A stretch of DNA of 64,000 bases from contig CM059432.1 in NCBI GenBank assembly GCA_030390025.1, forward strand, positions 36,768,001 through 36,832,000, read 5' to 3'. Below are positions 11,317 to 23,821 of the stretch, piece after piece. Under the pieces are notes generated by a model that saw only the letters and a program-made list of their open reading frames with translations, was not told the DNA's origin and did not search any database. Both the position numbers and the translations under genes were made by a program. How positions within the stretch are numbered: position 1 is the first letter of the stretch; every line of letters begins with the position of its first letter. The stretch is from Squalus acanthias. Lineage: Eukaryota.

Positions 11317-14300
11317 GGATACATTACACTCGGTCCCTTCATCTAGGTCATTAATATAGATTGTAAATAGCTGAGGCCCCAACACTGACCTTTGCGGCAC
11401 CCCACCAGTTACAGCCTGCAAACCTAAAAAAGATCCGTTTATCCCTACTCTCTGTTTTCTGTCCATTAACCAATCCTCTATTCATGCTACTATATTACCT
11501 CCAACCCCATGAGCCCTAATCGTGTGTAATAACCTTTTATGTGGCACCTTATCGAATGCCTTTTGGAAATCCAAATATACTACATCCACTGGTTCCCCTT
11601 TATCTACCCTGCTAGTTACATCCTCAAAAAACTCTAATAAATTTGTCAAACACGATTTCCCTTTCATAAAACCATGTTGACTCTGCCTAATCATGTTACG
11701 ATTTTCTAAGTGACTTGATACCACTTCCTCAACAATGGATTCCAGCATTTTCCCGACGACTGATGTCAGGCTAACTGGCCTGTAGTTCCCTGTTTTTTCT
11801 CTCCCTCCTTTCTTGAATAGCGGTGTTACATTTGCAACTTTCCAATCCGCTGGGACCATTCCAGAATCAAGGGAATTTTGGAAGATCAAAACCAATGCAT
11901 CCACTATCTCTTCAGCCACCTCTTTTAGAACCCTAGGATGCAGGCCGTCAGGGCCAGGGGATGTGTCGGCTTTTAGTCCCATTCGTTTCTCTAGTACTTT
12001 TTCTCTACTTATATTAATTACGTTAAGTTCCTCACCCTCATTAGACCCTTAGTTCCCCACCATTTTTGGTATGCTTTTTGTGTCTTCTACTGTGAAGACA
12101 GATACAAAATATTTGTTTAACGTTTCTGCCATTTCCTTATTCCCCATAATAATTTCTCCTGTCTCAGCCTCTAAGGAATCAACATTTACTTTTGCTACTC
12201 TTTTCCTTTTTACATACTTGTAGAAACTCTTACAATCTAATTTTATATTTCTTGCTAGTTTTCTCTCATATTCTATTTTTTCCCTTTTTATCAATTTTTT
12301 GGTCAACCTTTGCTGGTTTCTTAAACTCTCCCAATCCTCAGGTTTACTATTATTCTTTGCAACATTATAAGCTTCTTCTTTCAATCTAATGCTATCCTTA
12401 ACTTCTTTAGTTAGCTACGGTTGGATCACTTTCCCCGTGGACTTTTTGTTTCTCAATGGAAAGTATTTTTGTTGAGAGTTATGAAATATTTCTTTAATGC
12501 TAGCCACTGCTTATCTACCGCCATACCTTTTAATCTATTTTTCCAAGCTATCTTAACCAACTCGCCGCTCATACCTATGTAATTGGCTTTATTTAAGTTT
12601 AAGACTCTAGTTTTGGACTTAGGCAAGTCACTCTCAAAATTAATGTGAAATTCTATCATATTATGATCATTCTGCCCCAGAGGATCCTTTACTATGAGAT
12701 TGCTAATTAACCCTGTCTCATTACACAATACAAGATCTAAAATAGCCTGTTCCCTGGTTGGTTCCATGACATATTGTTCTAGGAAACTGTCCCGAATGCA
12801 TTCCATGAACTCGTCTTCCAGACTACCTTTGCCAATTTGATTTGTCCAGTCTATATGAAGATTAAAGTCCCCCAAGATTATTGCATTACCTTTGTTGCAA
12901 TCTCCTACTATTTCTTGATTAATATTCTGTCCAACGGTATAGCTACTGTTAGGGGGCCTATATACTGCTCCCACCAGTGTTTTCTGCCCCTTGTTATTCC
13001 TTATCCCCACCCATACTGATTCTACTTCCTAATCTTCCGAGCCGAGATCCATTCTCGCGACTGTCCTTATGTCATCCTTTATCAGGCTCCTCCCCCTCCT
13101 TTTCCATTCTGCCTGTCTTTTCGAAACGTCAAGTACCCTGGAACATTTAGTTCCCAACCATGTCTCTGTAATGGCTATTAGATCAAACCCATTTATCTCT
13201 ATTTGTGCCACTAGTTCGTCTATCTTGTTACGAATGCTTCGTGCATTCAGATAATGAGCCTTTAATTTAAATTTTTTACCATTATTCCCTGCTTTGACCT
13301 TATTCTCTGCTGCACTGCAACCATTAAACTCTTTATTCCTTCCTGTCACACTGTTTATTTTTACCCAAATCGCTACACTGCTCTATTGCCTTGACCTTTC
13401 TCTTTAGATTTCTAAATATTCCCTCACCTGACCCCTTCCCCCGCCTTTTTTAGTTTAAAGCCCTATCTGCAGCCCTAGTTATTTGATTCGCCAGGATGCT
13501 GGTCCCAGCCCTGTTTAAGTGGAGCCTGTCCTGACGGAACAGCTCCCTCTTTCTCTAGTACTGGTGCCAGTGCCCCATGAATTGAAACCCCTTTTTCCCA
13601 CACCACTCTTTGAGCCATGCATTTAACTCTCTGATCTGCTTGACCCTATGCCAATTTGCACGTGGCTCAGGTAGTAATCCAGATATTATTACCCTTGTGG
13701 TTCTGCTTATTAATTTAGACCCTAGCTCCTCAAACTCCCTCAGCAGAACCTCATTCTTAGTTCTACCTATGTCCTTGGTTCCTACATGGACCACGACAAC
13801 TTCATCGTCCTACATCGTCCCCCTCCCACTCCAAGTTCTTCTCCAGCCATGAGGAGATATACTTAACCCTGGCAACGGGCAGGCAACACAGCCTTCGGGA
13901 CTCTCTTTTGCGGCTGCAGAGAACAGTATCTATCCCCCTGACTATTCTGTCCCCTACTACTACCACATTCCTTCATTCTCCCCCAACTTGGATTGCCCCC
14001 TGTACCACAATGCTGTGGTCAGTTTGCCCATCCTCCCTGCAGTCCATTTCCTCATCCATACAGGTAGAAAGTACCTCGTACCTGTTGGACAAGGTCCAGG
14101 GCTGAGGCTCCTCCATCACTAAGTATCTCCATCCATCAATAAGTGTTAGAGAGACACTGAATCAGCATGAAGACTTTCTACCGGCCATTTCAAAGCACTC
14201 AAGTTCACAAAGTACAAGTGAAAAAAGTGTTGCTGCTGGGTTCATACAGCATATTGGCAACAATATGTTCCATGAAAAGCAAACCTACTAAAAAAAAAAC

Positions 14301-15086
14301 GATACACAAAAGCTCCTTTGCAATATCCTCCAGTTCCAAATCTTATCTCAAACCCTCTTCTATATCTGTACTACTGTGCGCTTCCCAGTTCCTCCCTCTT
14401 CCCCAGCCACTGGCAGGGCCTTTAGCTATCACAGTCGGTCTCTCCTGCAGCTCTTTCTCTAAACCCCTCCGGCCTCTCTCCCCACCTACAAAAACCATCT
14501 CGCAGCCTACTCTTTCGACTACGCCTTTGATCACCTGTTCTAACCTTCTCCTGATTCCTGCTTGGTATCTGATCAGCCCCCTTCCCCCGTATCCTGCCTT
14601 GAGCTCCTGAAGGTGCTATGCAGGAGAGATTTTCCTCTTGAACATTACTCAGGTGCAGTGAAGTGGAAAATGGGGCAGAGGCCCGTTACATCAGGCCTGC
14701 ACCACCATCGTGCTGCCCCAGATTTCCCCACTGGACATAACTGTATGCTGTTGTAAGGAGGTGGGAGAAGCATTATTGGCCTTCCTCTTCTTTTTCCTGT
14801 GCAGCTAAGCATTGGGCCTCCCAGTGAAGGAGCATGGCCCTTGAATTCCCCACAAACTGGAAAGTCTGCAGGATTGTGCCGTAGGCTGAAGACATGAAGA
14901 CAGGCATTCAACTTTATTTATTTTTTAAGGTAACCCCCTCTCGCCCTGGCCTCAGGACAATTTGAAGTAGTCAGAAGACCCCAATCTTAGTGGACAAGTG
15001 CGTTGTGCCTAAAATGCGCCCTTGTAAGTGCCAGCGTTGTTATTACTGTTGGGTGTTTCCCACAGGTTAAATATGCTAACATGATT

Positions 15087-15525
15087 TAAAAAAAAAAAAA
15101 ATTCTCAGGATGTGGGCATCACTAGGAAGGCTGGCATCTGCTGCGCATCCCTAGTTTCCCTGAGAAGGTGGTGGTGGGCCGCCTTCTTGAACCGCTGCAG
15201 TCCGTGTTGTGAAGATGCTTAGTTTGACACAACTAAGTGGCTTGGTTTGCTCGGCCACTCCAGAGGGCAGTCAAGAGACAACTACTTTGGCGTAGGACTG
15301 GAGTCACATATAGGCCTGACCGGGTAAGGACGGCAGGTTTCCTTCCCTAAAGGACATTAGTGATTCAGTTGGGTTTTTACAACAATCCAAGAGCTTGATG
15401 GTCACTTTTACTGATACCAGCATTTTATTACCATTTAAAAAAAAACTGCATTCAAGTTCTCAAACTGTCACGGTGGGATTTGAACTCACATTCTCTGGAT
15501 TATTAAACCACTACACTACTGTACC
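15087..15525 (-). mobile_element. MetaSINE-like SINE
   Basis: Minus strand cctttagggaaggaaacctgccgtccttacccggtcaggcctatatgtgactccagtcc core; tail shared with the YKAQVRS LINE; poly-T end. Confidence 0.75.
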
Positions 15526-15683
15526 CTGCACGGATCAATATACTTTACAGAAATCTGACAGACACTGTCAGTGCCATAATAATCTGACAGACCAATTAAA
15601 ATTGCACTAAAGCACAGAATTTTTGTTTTTAAAACTTCAGAAACATTTTGGACTACCGATACTTCAAACGAGTGATCACACAC

Positions 15684-15893
15684 CTGTTTATCAATGTTCC
15701 GTAAAAGGAGAGATGGGCTGCAGGGTGAGAGTTCACATTTGTTATTGGCGATAGGGGCCTTCACTTCGGCAGAAGAGGAGTTGGAGTATGTCTCAGGGCC
15801 CTGCGAGCTGACTGCCGACGATGTCGTTACTAAGCGGCACTGGTGCTTCATCAGATCTTCTGGCAACTGAGCATCACCAAGGACAACCGGGCC
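15684..15893 (-). CDS. KANSL1L: KANSL1-family internal exon B
   Basis: 210 nt, phase 0-0, ttctcag|GGC...AAACAG|gtgtgt. GPVVLGDAQLPEDLMK...ELSPCSPSLLLRNIDKQ matches recalled KANSL1L GIVVLEECQLPKDILKK...EMSPSSPTLLLRNIEKQ and joins in frame to exon A (ANK|GPVVLG). Confidence 0.9.
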
Positions 15894-16261
15894 CTGAGAA
15901 CAGAAAGTCAAATCAATCAAATCTCTCCAATTAAGTCTCCTTGCAGAGAGTGCCATAAATCTGCTGGGACACAACAGAGTACACAGCAATCAAGCGATCT
16001 TTTTAACCATCATGAGTACTCAATTATCTTTCCAGCTTCTCAAATGTCCACAAAAATGTATTTGTAATTTTGTCCCTGCAACTTTCACTCCCTTTTCTTG
16101 TTGGTTCCCTGGGCACGAGCAGACATCCAGCACCTTGGCCACATGCCCCCATCCTATCCTAGCTCATCCACCCCAAAGTCCTAGCCATCATAGCACAATT
16201 GTTTTTTTAAAAAATGATTCTGGATTTTTGGCTCCAGTCTCTTACCTAGATGTCCCCATCC

Positions 16262-17022
16262 ACATAGAGTCATAACGGCACAGGAGGCGGCCATTTGGCC
16301 CATCGAGTCCGTGCCGGCTCTCTGTAGAGCAATCCAGTCGGTCACATTCCCCCGCTCTATCCCCGTAGCCCTGCAAGTTTATTTCCCTCAAGTGCCTATC
16401 CAGTCTCCCCTTGAAAACATTGAGTGTTTCCGCTTCAACCACTTCCGTCAGCAGCGAGTTCCAGGTCCTCACCACTCGCTGCGTAAAAAAGTTTTTCCTC
16501 ATATCCCCACTATATCTCTTGCCCAAAACCTTAAATTTGTGTCCCCTAGTCCTTGTACCATCAACTAGTGGGAACAGCCTTTCCCTGTATAACCTATCCA
16601 AACCCGTCATAATCTTATACACCTCTATCAAATCACCCCTCAACCTCCTTTGCTCCAATGAAAACAAATCCAGCTTCTCCAACCTGTCCTTGTAGCTAAG
16701 ATCCCCCATCCCCAGAACCATTCTGGTAATTCTCCTCTGCACCCGCTCAAGGGCCTTCCTGAAGTGTGGTGACCAGAACTGGACACAATACTCCAGTTGT
16801 GGCATAACCAGCGCTTTATAAAGGTTCAGCATAACTTCCCTACTTTTGTACTCAATACCTCTATTTATGAAGCCCAAGATCCCATATGGTTTGTTAACCA
16901 CTCTCTCAATATGTCCTGCCACCTTCAGGGACCTATGCACATTAACTCCCAGGTCCCTCTGTCCCTGCACACTCTTCAAAACTGTGCCATTAAGTGTATA
17001 TTGCCTCTTCCTGTTCCTTCTG
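16262..17022 (-). mobile_element. CR1 LINE 3' fragment
   Basis: Open frame QRDLGV...MPQLEYCVQFWSP...FFTQRVVRTWNSL; same subfamily as 24684-27850. Confidence 0.92.
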
Positions 17023-17429
17023 TTGATCATGTTGATCGCATCTGGTATGAAAAGAAACTTCCTGCCATCAGTCCTAAATTTGCCTTTTGCCAGTTTCAAC
17101 CTTAACACTCTTGTCCAACTGTCACCAGTTAACATGAAGTAGTGCCCCTGGATTGAAGTTTTCTACATCTTTTACTATCTTAAATATCGCCACAGGTCAC
17201 CATCTTTCAAGACTGAAAAGCCAAAATTTCTGAGGTCCTTACTTATGACTTAGTTCTCTGACGCCAAGGATTAATCTTTGTCACTCTTCTGCACCATTTC
17301 CAGAGCTTCAATGTCTCTCATGTGTCTCGGTGTCTAAAACTGGACACTGACTCAAGGTGTAGTCTGACCAGAGCACTGCACAGCATACTCTGCCACTGTC
17401 TAATTTATATTTAAAATTAACTCAAAGTA

Positions 17430-17750
17430 AATTGAGTGTTGTTGCTGAGCTGTGGAGACCAGAACTTCCCAAAGTCAATTGTTGAATTGTGTTGAGTCAC
17501 CTGGCCTCAGCTGTAAGGATTCCTGCTCCTGATCATGAATGAGTGAACCCTGCTGGGAAAGGAATAGTATTGGGCAGAATTACAATTCCCCCACCCGCCT
17601 CATGGTCAAATATTCCGATGACCCGCGTTGTGCATATGAAGAACGGTTGCTTGGGAGGAGAACTGGGTTTGGCTGGGGAGGATTTAGGTAGAGACTATGG
17701 AACTGTATCCAAGGGAGTCGGTACCTTCAGGAGATGAATGGAGAAAACTG
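17430..17750 (+). mobile_element. LF-SINE-like element (internally deleted)
   Basis: ttcctgctcctgatc...ccctgctgggaaag...catatgaagaacgg...gagtcggtaccttcaggaga...gagaaaa. Confidence 0.65.
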
Positions 17751-18505
17751 GAGTGATACAACACAGCTAATGCCGCACAAAGGAACAGAAACGCAAATAC
17801 TTTAGAGTTTAGATGCAGAGAAAACCCCACATAACAGTGATGAAAATTGAAGGCTGACAACCAGTTAACAAATAATTAAAATGCAATGGCTCTACTGACG
17901 TCATGAGCTGCAACTGAAAGCCTACACTCGCCCTCTTGGCCCACATCTTTGAGACATTTACAAATAGCAGCACAGCATTAAGACTGAATTAATGCCACAG
18001 CCACTTAATGTCTTCCATCTTACTGGAAGCAGGATCGCAGTCAGTGATAGACTCTCGAGCCTCTCTGGTGTACCACACATTGCGCCAAGGACTGGTAGGA
18101 CAAGGGCCTGCACTCAATTCCAAACTTGCTCCTGCCATTACAGGCAGTGAACAAAGCCCAGATGTTGTCCTTGGGTTGATGTACTGTACCGGCACCAACA
18201 CATGATTGGAAAATCACTCTCATACAGTGTGACACCAATGTCACTGGTGGAGGAGGGAGAAATCACACATATTGTGTAGCGGTACCAACATACTTTTGGA
18301 AAAATCACACTTGTAGGGTAACACAAATGCTATTGGAGAAGGGTGGAAATAAAAAAAAACACACTTCTATTGTGCACTGCCACCAACATGCTACAGTATA
18401 ATCCCATTTAATGTGGCGTACTGGCACCAACACACTATTGGGGAAAGAAAAATCACACATAGCATGTTAGCACCAACACTCCGACTGCAAAACGGGTCAC
18501 ACTTA

Positions 18506-18607
18506 TGGAATAAAAACAGAAAATGCTGGAGATACTCAGCAGGTCAGGCAGCATCTGTGAAGAGAGAAACAGTTAACGTTTCAGGTCGATGACCTTTCGT
18601 CAGAACT
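18506..18607 (-). mobile_element. Solo Penelope family A terminal fragment
   Basis: Same sequence as 1545-1651; short TSD actta at 18501-18505 and 18605-18609. Confidence 0.8.
18571..18607 (-). ncRNA. Minimal type-I hammerhead ribozyme motif, intact (PLE family A)
   Basis: AGUU CUGACGA A AGGUC AUC GACCU GAAA CGU U AACU with perfect stems I and II. Confidence 0.8.
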
Positions 18608-18824
18608 TACGTAGTGTGCTGGCATCAACACGCTATAGGAATATCGGGCTTCAGCCAACATGGTTTAATGTTGTGCAAACTCTTAATTCATCATTTCTAA
18701 TTGCTCCAACCACTACCATGCCAGTAAGAGACCTGTGACCACCAGAATGACACAGCTCAAAACACTCTCTCCAGAAACAGCCAAAATTTTGAACACCAAA
18801 ATCTAGAGGATTTTTTTTTTTTTT

Positions 18825-21505
18825 AAATCATAGAATTACAGAATGATACAGCAGAGGAGGAGGACATTCGGCCCATCGTGTCTGTGCTGGTTCTTTGGTA
18901 GAGCTATCCAACTAATCCCACTCCCTTGCTCTTTCTCCATAGCACTGTAATTTTTTTCAATTCAAGTATTTATTCAATTCCCTTTTGAATGTTTCTGTTG
19001 AATCTGCTTCTATCACTTTCAGGCAGTGCATTCCAGATCACAACTTGCTGTGTAAAAAAAAGTTTTCTCATGCCGCCTTTTTTGCCAATATCCTTAAATC
19101 TGTGTCTTCTGGTTACTGACCCTTCTGCCACTGGAAACAGTTTCTCCTTATTTACTCTATCAAAACCATTCATGATTTTAAAAACTCTTATCAAATCTCC
19201 TCTTAACCTCTCTGCTTTAAGGAGAACAACCCTAGCTTCTCCACATAACTGAAGTCCCTTATCCCTGGTACCATTCTATGAAATGTCTTCTGCACCCTCT
19301 CCAAGGCCTTGACATTGTTCCTGCCCAGAATTGAACACAATAATCCATCAGAGGCCTAACTAGTGTTTTATAAAGGTATAACTTCCTTGCTTCTGTACTC
19401 TATTCCTCCATTAATAAAGCCAAGGATACCATATTTTTTTTTTTAAACAGGCTTCTCAACTTGTCCTGCCAATTTCAAAGATTTGTGTACGTACACCCCC
19501 AGGTCTCTTTGTTCCTGCACCCCCTTTAAAATTGTATAATTTAGTTCATATTGCCTCTCCTCATTCTTCCTACCAAAATGGATCACTTGACAGTTCTCTG
19601 CATTAAATTTCATCTGTCATGTGTCTGACCATTTCACCATCTGTCTATGTCCTCCTGAAGTCTGTTACTAACCTCATTCTTTGCTACATTTCCAAGTTTT
19701 GTATAATGTGCAAACATTGAAATTATGCCCTGTATACCCAATCCGGGTCATTAATATGTATCAAAAAGGGCAATGGTCCTAATACAGACCCCTGGGGAAC
19801 ATCACTGTACACTCTGCTCCAGTCTGAACAACAACCGTTCACCACTATTATCTGCTTTCTGTCCCTTAATCAATTTTGTATCCATGTGGCAACTATCCCT
19901 TTAATCCCATGGGCTTTAATTTTGCGAACAAGTCTATTATGTGGTACTTTATCAACGCCTTTTGAAAGCCAATTAGGCAGAGTCAACATGGTTTTATGGA
20001 AGGGAAATCGTGTTTGACAAATTTATTAGAGTTTTTTGAGGATGTAACTAGCAGGGCAGATAAAGGGAACCAGTGGATGTAGTATATTTGGATTTCCAAA
20101 AGGCATTCGATAAGGTGCCACATAAAAGGTTATTACACACGATTAGGGCTCATGGGGTTGGGGTAATATAGTAGCATGGATAGACGATTGGTGAATGGAC
20201 AGAAAACAGAGAGTAGAGATAAACGGATCTTTTTCAGGTTGGCAGGCTGTAACTAGTGGGGTGCCGCAAGGATCAGTGTTGGGGCCTCAGCTATTTACAA
20301 TTTATATTAATGACCTAAATGAAGGGATCGAGTGTAATGTATCCAAGTTTGCTGATGATACAAAGCTAGGTGGGACAGTAAGCTGTGAGGAGAACACAAA
20401 GAGTCTGCAAAGGGATATAGATAGACTAAGTGAGTGGGCAGTAAGGTGGCGGCAGATGGAGTACAATGTAAGGAAATGTGAGGTTATTCACTTTGGTAGG
20501 AAGAATAGAAAAACAGAATATTTTTTAAATGGTGAGAAACTTTCAAATGTTGGTGTTCAGAGAGATTTGGGTGTCCTCGTGCAAGAAACACAGGAAGCTA
20601 GCATGCAGGTACAGCAAGCAATAAGGAAGGCAAATGGCATGTTGGCCTTTATTGTAAGGGGGTCTTGCTACAATTGTACAGGGCCTTGGTGAGACCACAC
20701 CTGGAGTACTGTGCACAGTTTTAGTATCCTTATCAAAGGAAGGATATACTTGCCTTGGAGCCGGTGAAACGAAGGTTCACTAGATTGATTCCTGGGATGA
20801 GAGGGCTGTCCTATGATGAGAGATTGTGTAGAATGGGCCTATACTCTCTGGAGTTTAGAAGAATGAGAGGTGATCTCATTGAAACATACTAGATTCTGAA
20901 GGGGATTGACAGGGTAGATGCTAAGAGGTTGTTTCCCCTGGCTGGAGTGTCTAGAACGAGGGGGCATAGTCTCAGGATGAGGGGTAGGCCATTTAAGACT
21001 GAGATGAGGAGGAATTTCTTTACTCAGAGGGTTGTGAATCTTTGGTATTCTCTGCCCCAGAGGGCTGTGCATGCTGAGTCTTTGAGTATATTCAAGGCTG
21101 AGATAGATAGATTTTTGGACTCTAGGGGAATCAAGGGATATGTAGAATGGGTGGGAAAGTGGAGTTGAGGTGGATGATCAGCCATGATCTTATTGAATGG
21201 CGGAGCAGGCTCGAGGGGCCGTATGGCCGATTCCTGCTCTTATTTCTTATGTTCTCATATACACAACATCAACCCTCTCCGTTACTTCATCAAAGAACTT
21301 GATCAAGTTAATCAAACATCATTTGCCTTCAACAAATCCGTGCTGACTTCTCATTTATTAGCCTATACTTTTCCAAATGCCAATTAATTTTGTCCCGGAT
21401 TATTGTCTCTAAAACTTTCCCCACCACCACCAACGTTAGCCTGACTGGCCTCTAGTTGCCGGGTTTATCCCTCTCCCCCTTTTTAAACAGGGCTGTAACA
21501 TTTAT
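18825..21505 (-). mobile_element. Older CR1 LINE, split by a younger plus-strand CR1
   Basis: Minus-strand RT and 3' UTR at 18825-19970 continue at about 21256-21505 (atatacacaacatc...ttcatcaaagaac). Confidence 0.85.
19971..21256 (+). mobile_element. CR1 LINE, 5'-truncated; same subfamily as 9878-14115
   Basis: FADDTKLGGTVSCEENTKSLQRDIDRL and GEKLSNVGVQRDLGVLVQETQEASMQ are identical in both copies. Confidence 0.92.
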
Positions 21506-21599
21506 GGTTCAAGTGAACATAGTTTGAAAATTCTAATGAAAGCTGACCTTCCGACCCCACATTCTCTTTCACACAAAGATCGTTGGCTTCCACCTCTGC

Positions 21600-22120
21600 A
21601 ATTTTGTCTGTCCTTTGTTACCTCCAGACTTGACTATTCCCATGTTCTCCTGGCTGGTCTCCCATCTTCTACCCTCCATAAACACAAGGTCTTGGAAAAC
21701 TCTGCTGCCTGTATCCTAACCTGCACCAAGTTCCGCTCACCCATCACCCGTGCTCGCTGAGCTACATTGGCTCTTGGTCCATCAGTGCCTCAAATTTCAA
21801 ACTCCCATCTTCATGTTTAAATCCCTCCATGGCCTTGTCCCTCCCTATCCCTGTAACCTTCTCCAGCCCCACAACTCTCCGAGAACTTTGTGTTCCCCCA
21901 ACTCTGGCCTCTTGTGCATCCCCCACTCTCTTCACCTCACCATTGGCGGCCGTGCCTTCAGCCCTCTTGGCTCTATGCTCTGGAATTCCCTTCCTAAAAT
22001 TCTACAGATCTCCACCACTCCCCCCCTCCTTAAAACCCATCTCTTTGACCAAGCTTATAGCCACCACACCTAATATTTCAACCTTTGGCTCAGCTATATA
22101 AAGGCAAATTGTTGTTGAAA
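21600..22120 (+). mobile_element. L2 LINE 3' end
   Basis: FVTSRLDYSHVLLAGLP...ENSAACIL...LAELHWL...GGRAFS motifs; tail gctatataaaggcaaattgttgttg. Confidence 0.85.
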
Positions 22121-23821
22121 GAAAAATCCTCCAAACATGGGTGCAGCAGACCAAATGAATTTAAATAAAGACAAATACTTGTTCAAGTTATTGCATAACC
22201 TTGCTCATTAAGAGAGGGGCGATTTTATTTCAAGTTTCATGACACGACTACAAAATAAAAAGTTGATTCAAGAATTGTTACATCTGTTGTGTCCTGGATG
22301 AACGCAGAAAAAAAAAACAGTTTGATTCCAACTCTGCACTAAGATTGCTGTTCTCAGCCAGTGCAGCGATTGGGGCACTACAGTTGACAAGAGTTCCCTG
22401 GGGACACAGCACATCCAAGCTTGATCCTGCTCTCACATGACAATCACACAAACACACTTTCTAACAGGGTCACTGGGTGATGATTAGGAACATGACTCCT
22501 GGCTATTTTTTTTCGAGCTCTCTCCAGCCAGTTGCAGCATCTTCTATTACTGTTCCAGCTAACATAACCAAACTCTCCACAGACCAGGGATTCAAAATAG
22601 GACCTTACTGGTCTGGATAGTTCATTTACTCAGTACCAAAAGGGGTGGCTAATTGCTTATTCATCTTATCTTTGTGTAAATTGCCAATGATTTAAGCACC
22701 AAGAATGGATTTAAGAACTTTGCCAGTCTTTTCAATGAACTGCAAGAAAGTGGCATGTGACACAACTAACCTGTTCAAAGCCGCTTGAGCAGCTGGTATT
22801 GGGTAAGGGCACATGTCCTATGAAGCAGGATTTTGCTATTCCCATCCACTGTCTCAACCCAACACCACCGGCAAGAGCTCTATGATGGGAACTGACGGCG
22901 ATAGTCTTCAGGATGCAATATGATGTATCACTGCACTTCCTGACGTAATACATTCCAAACAGCTGCTGCACTACACATGGTCTAAAAGAGTTAAACTCCT
23001 TTCGCTCTTCCCTCATTCTTTGGCTGCAGTTTGAATGATTTATCAGAAATGCAAACGTGGGGACAATCCCTTTAAAACTTAAATACTCCGGCAACCAATG
23101 TGCAGGATCCACAACTCACAGTGGAAGACATCTCATATCTGCACTTCCACCTCAGTTCCCTTGATAGAGACGAAATATGGACTATTTTATAATGCATTTT
23201 TGTTAGGTGGGAGAAGGAAGTAACTTTGTACATAGAAGCCCAGTATTCTTCCTTTTTGTTTGGCCCCTCTTTACGGAAGGAAATCTGCCATCCTTACCCA
23301 TTCATAGAATCATAGAATGATACAGCACAGAAGGCCGTTCGGCCCATCGTGCCTGTGCTGGCACTTTGGTAGAGCTATCCAATTAATGCCATTCCCCATC
23401 TCTTTCCCCGTAGCCCTGTAAATTTTTTTCCTTCAATTATTTATCCAATTCCCTTTTCAAAGTTACTATTGAATCTGCTTCCACCACCCTTTCAGGCAGT
23501 GCATTTCAGATCACAACAACACGCTGTGTAAAAAAATGTTTCCTCATGTCGCCTCTGGTTCTTTTGCCAATCATCTTAAATCTGTGTCCTCTGGTTACCG
23601 ATCCTTTTACCACCAGAAACAGTTTCTCTTTATTTACTCTATCAAAACCATTCATGATTTTGAACACCTCTATCAAATCCCCTCTTAACCTTCTCTGCTC
23701 TAATGAGAACAATCTCAGCTTCTCCAGTCTTTCCACATAACTGAAGACCCTCATCCCTGGTACCATTCTAGTAAATTTAAGCCAGCACAGATTTGTTGAA
23801 GGCAAATCGTATTTAACTAAT

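Larger units (their letters stand above)
9878..14115 (-). mobile_element. Long CR1 LINE (ORF1 SGNH-esterase part, APE endonuclease, RT, 3' UTR), degraded
   Basis: VHVGTKDIGR (ORF1); YLNARSIRNK, IAITETWL and GDFN (EN); YRPVSLTS, QHGF, LDFQKAFDKVPH and FADD (RT); interrupted at 10797-11314. Confidence 0.93.
18185..18642 (+). repeat. Degenerate tandem array, about 8 units, GGCACCAACA...ATTGG...AAATCACAC
   Basis: Units near 18191, 18231, 18281, 18318, 18378, 18423, 18469 and 18621; interrupted by a PLE fragment. Confidence 0.65.

Noticed and set aside
18185..18642. CRISPR-like repeat-spacer array
   Set aside because: Repeats are short and highly degenerate, linkers are related to each other, there are no cas genes, and the context is a vertebrate intron.
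22732..23112. 126-aa minus-strand ORF as an extra host exon
   Set aside because: Exons A and B already join as in the recalled orthologues (ANK|G.VVL), and the peptide has no recognisable similarity.
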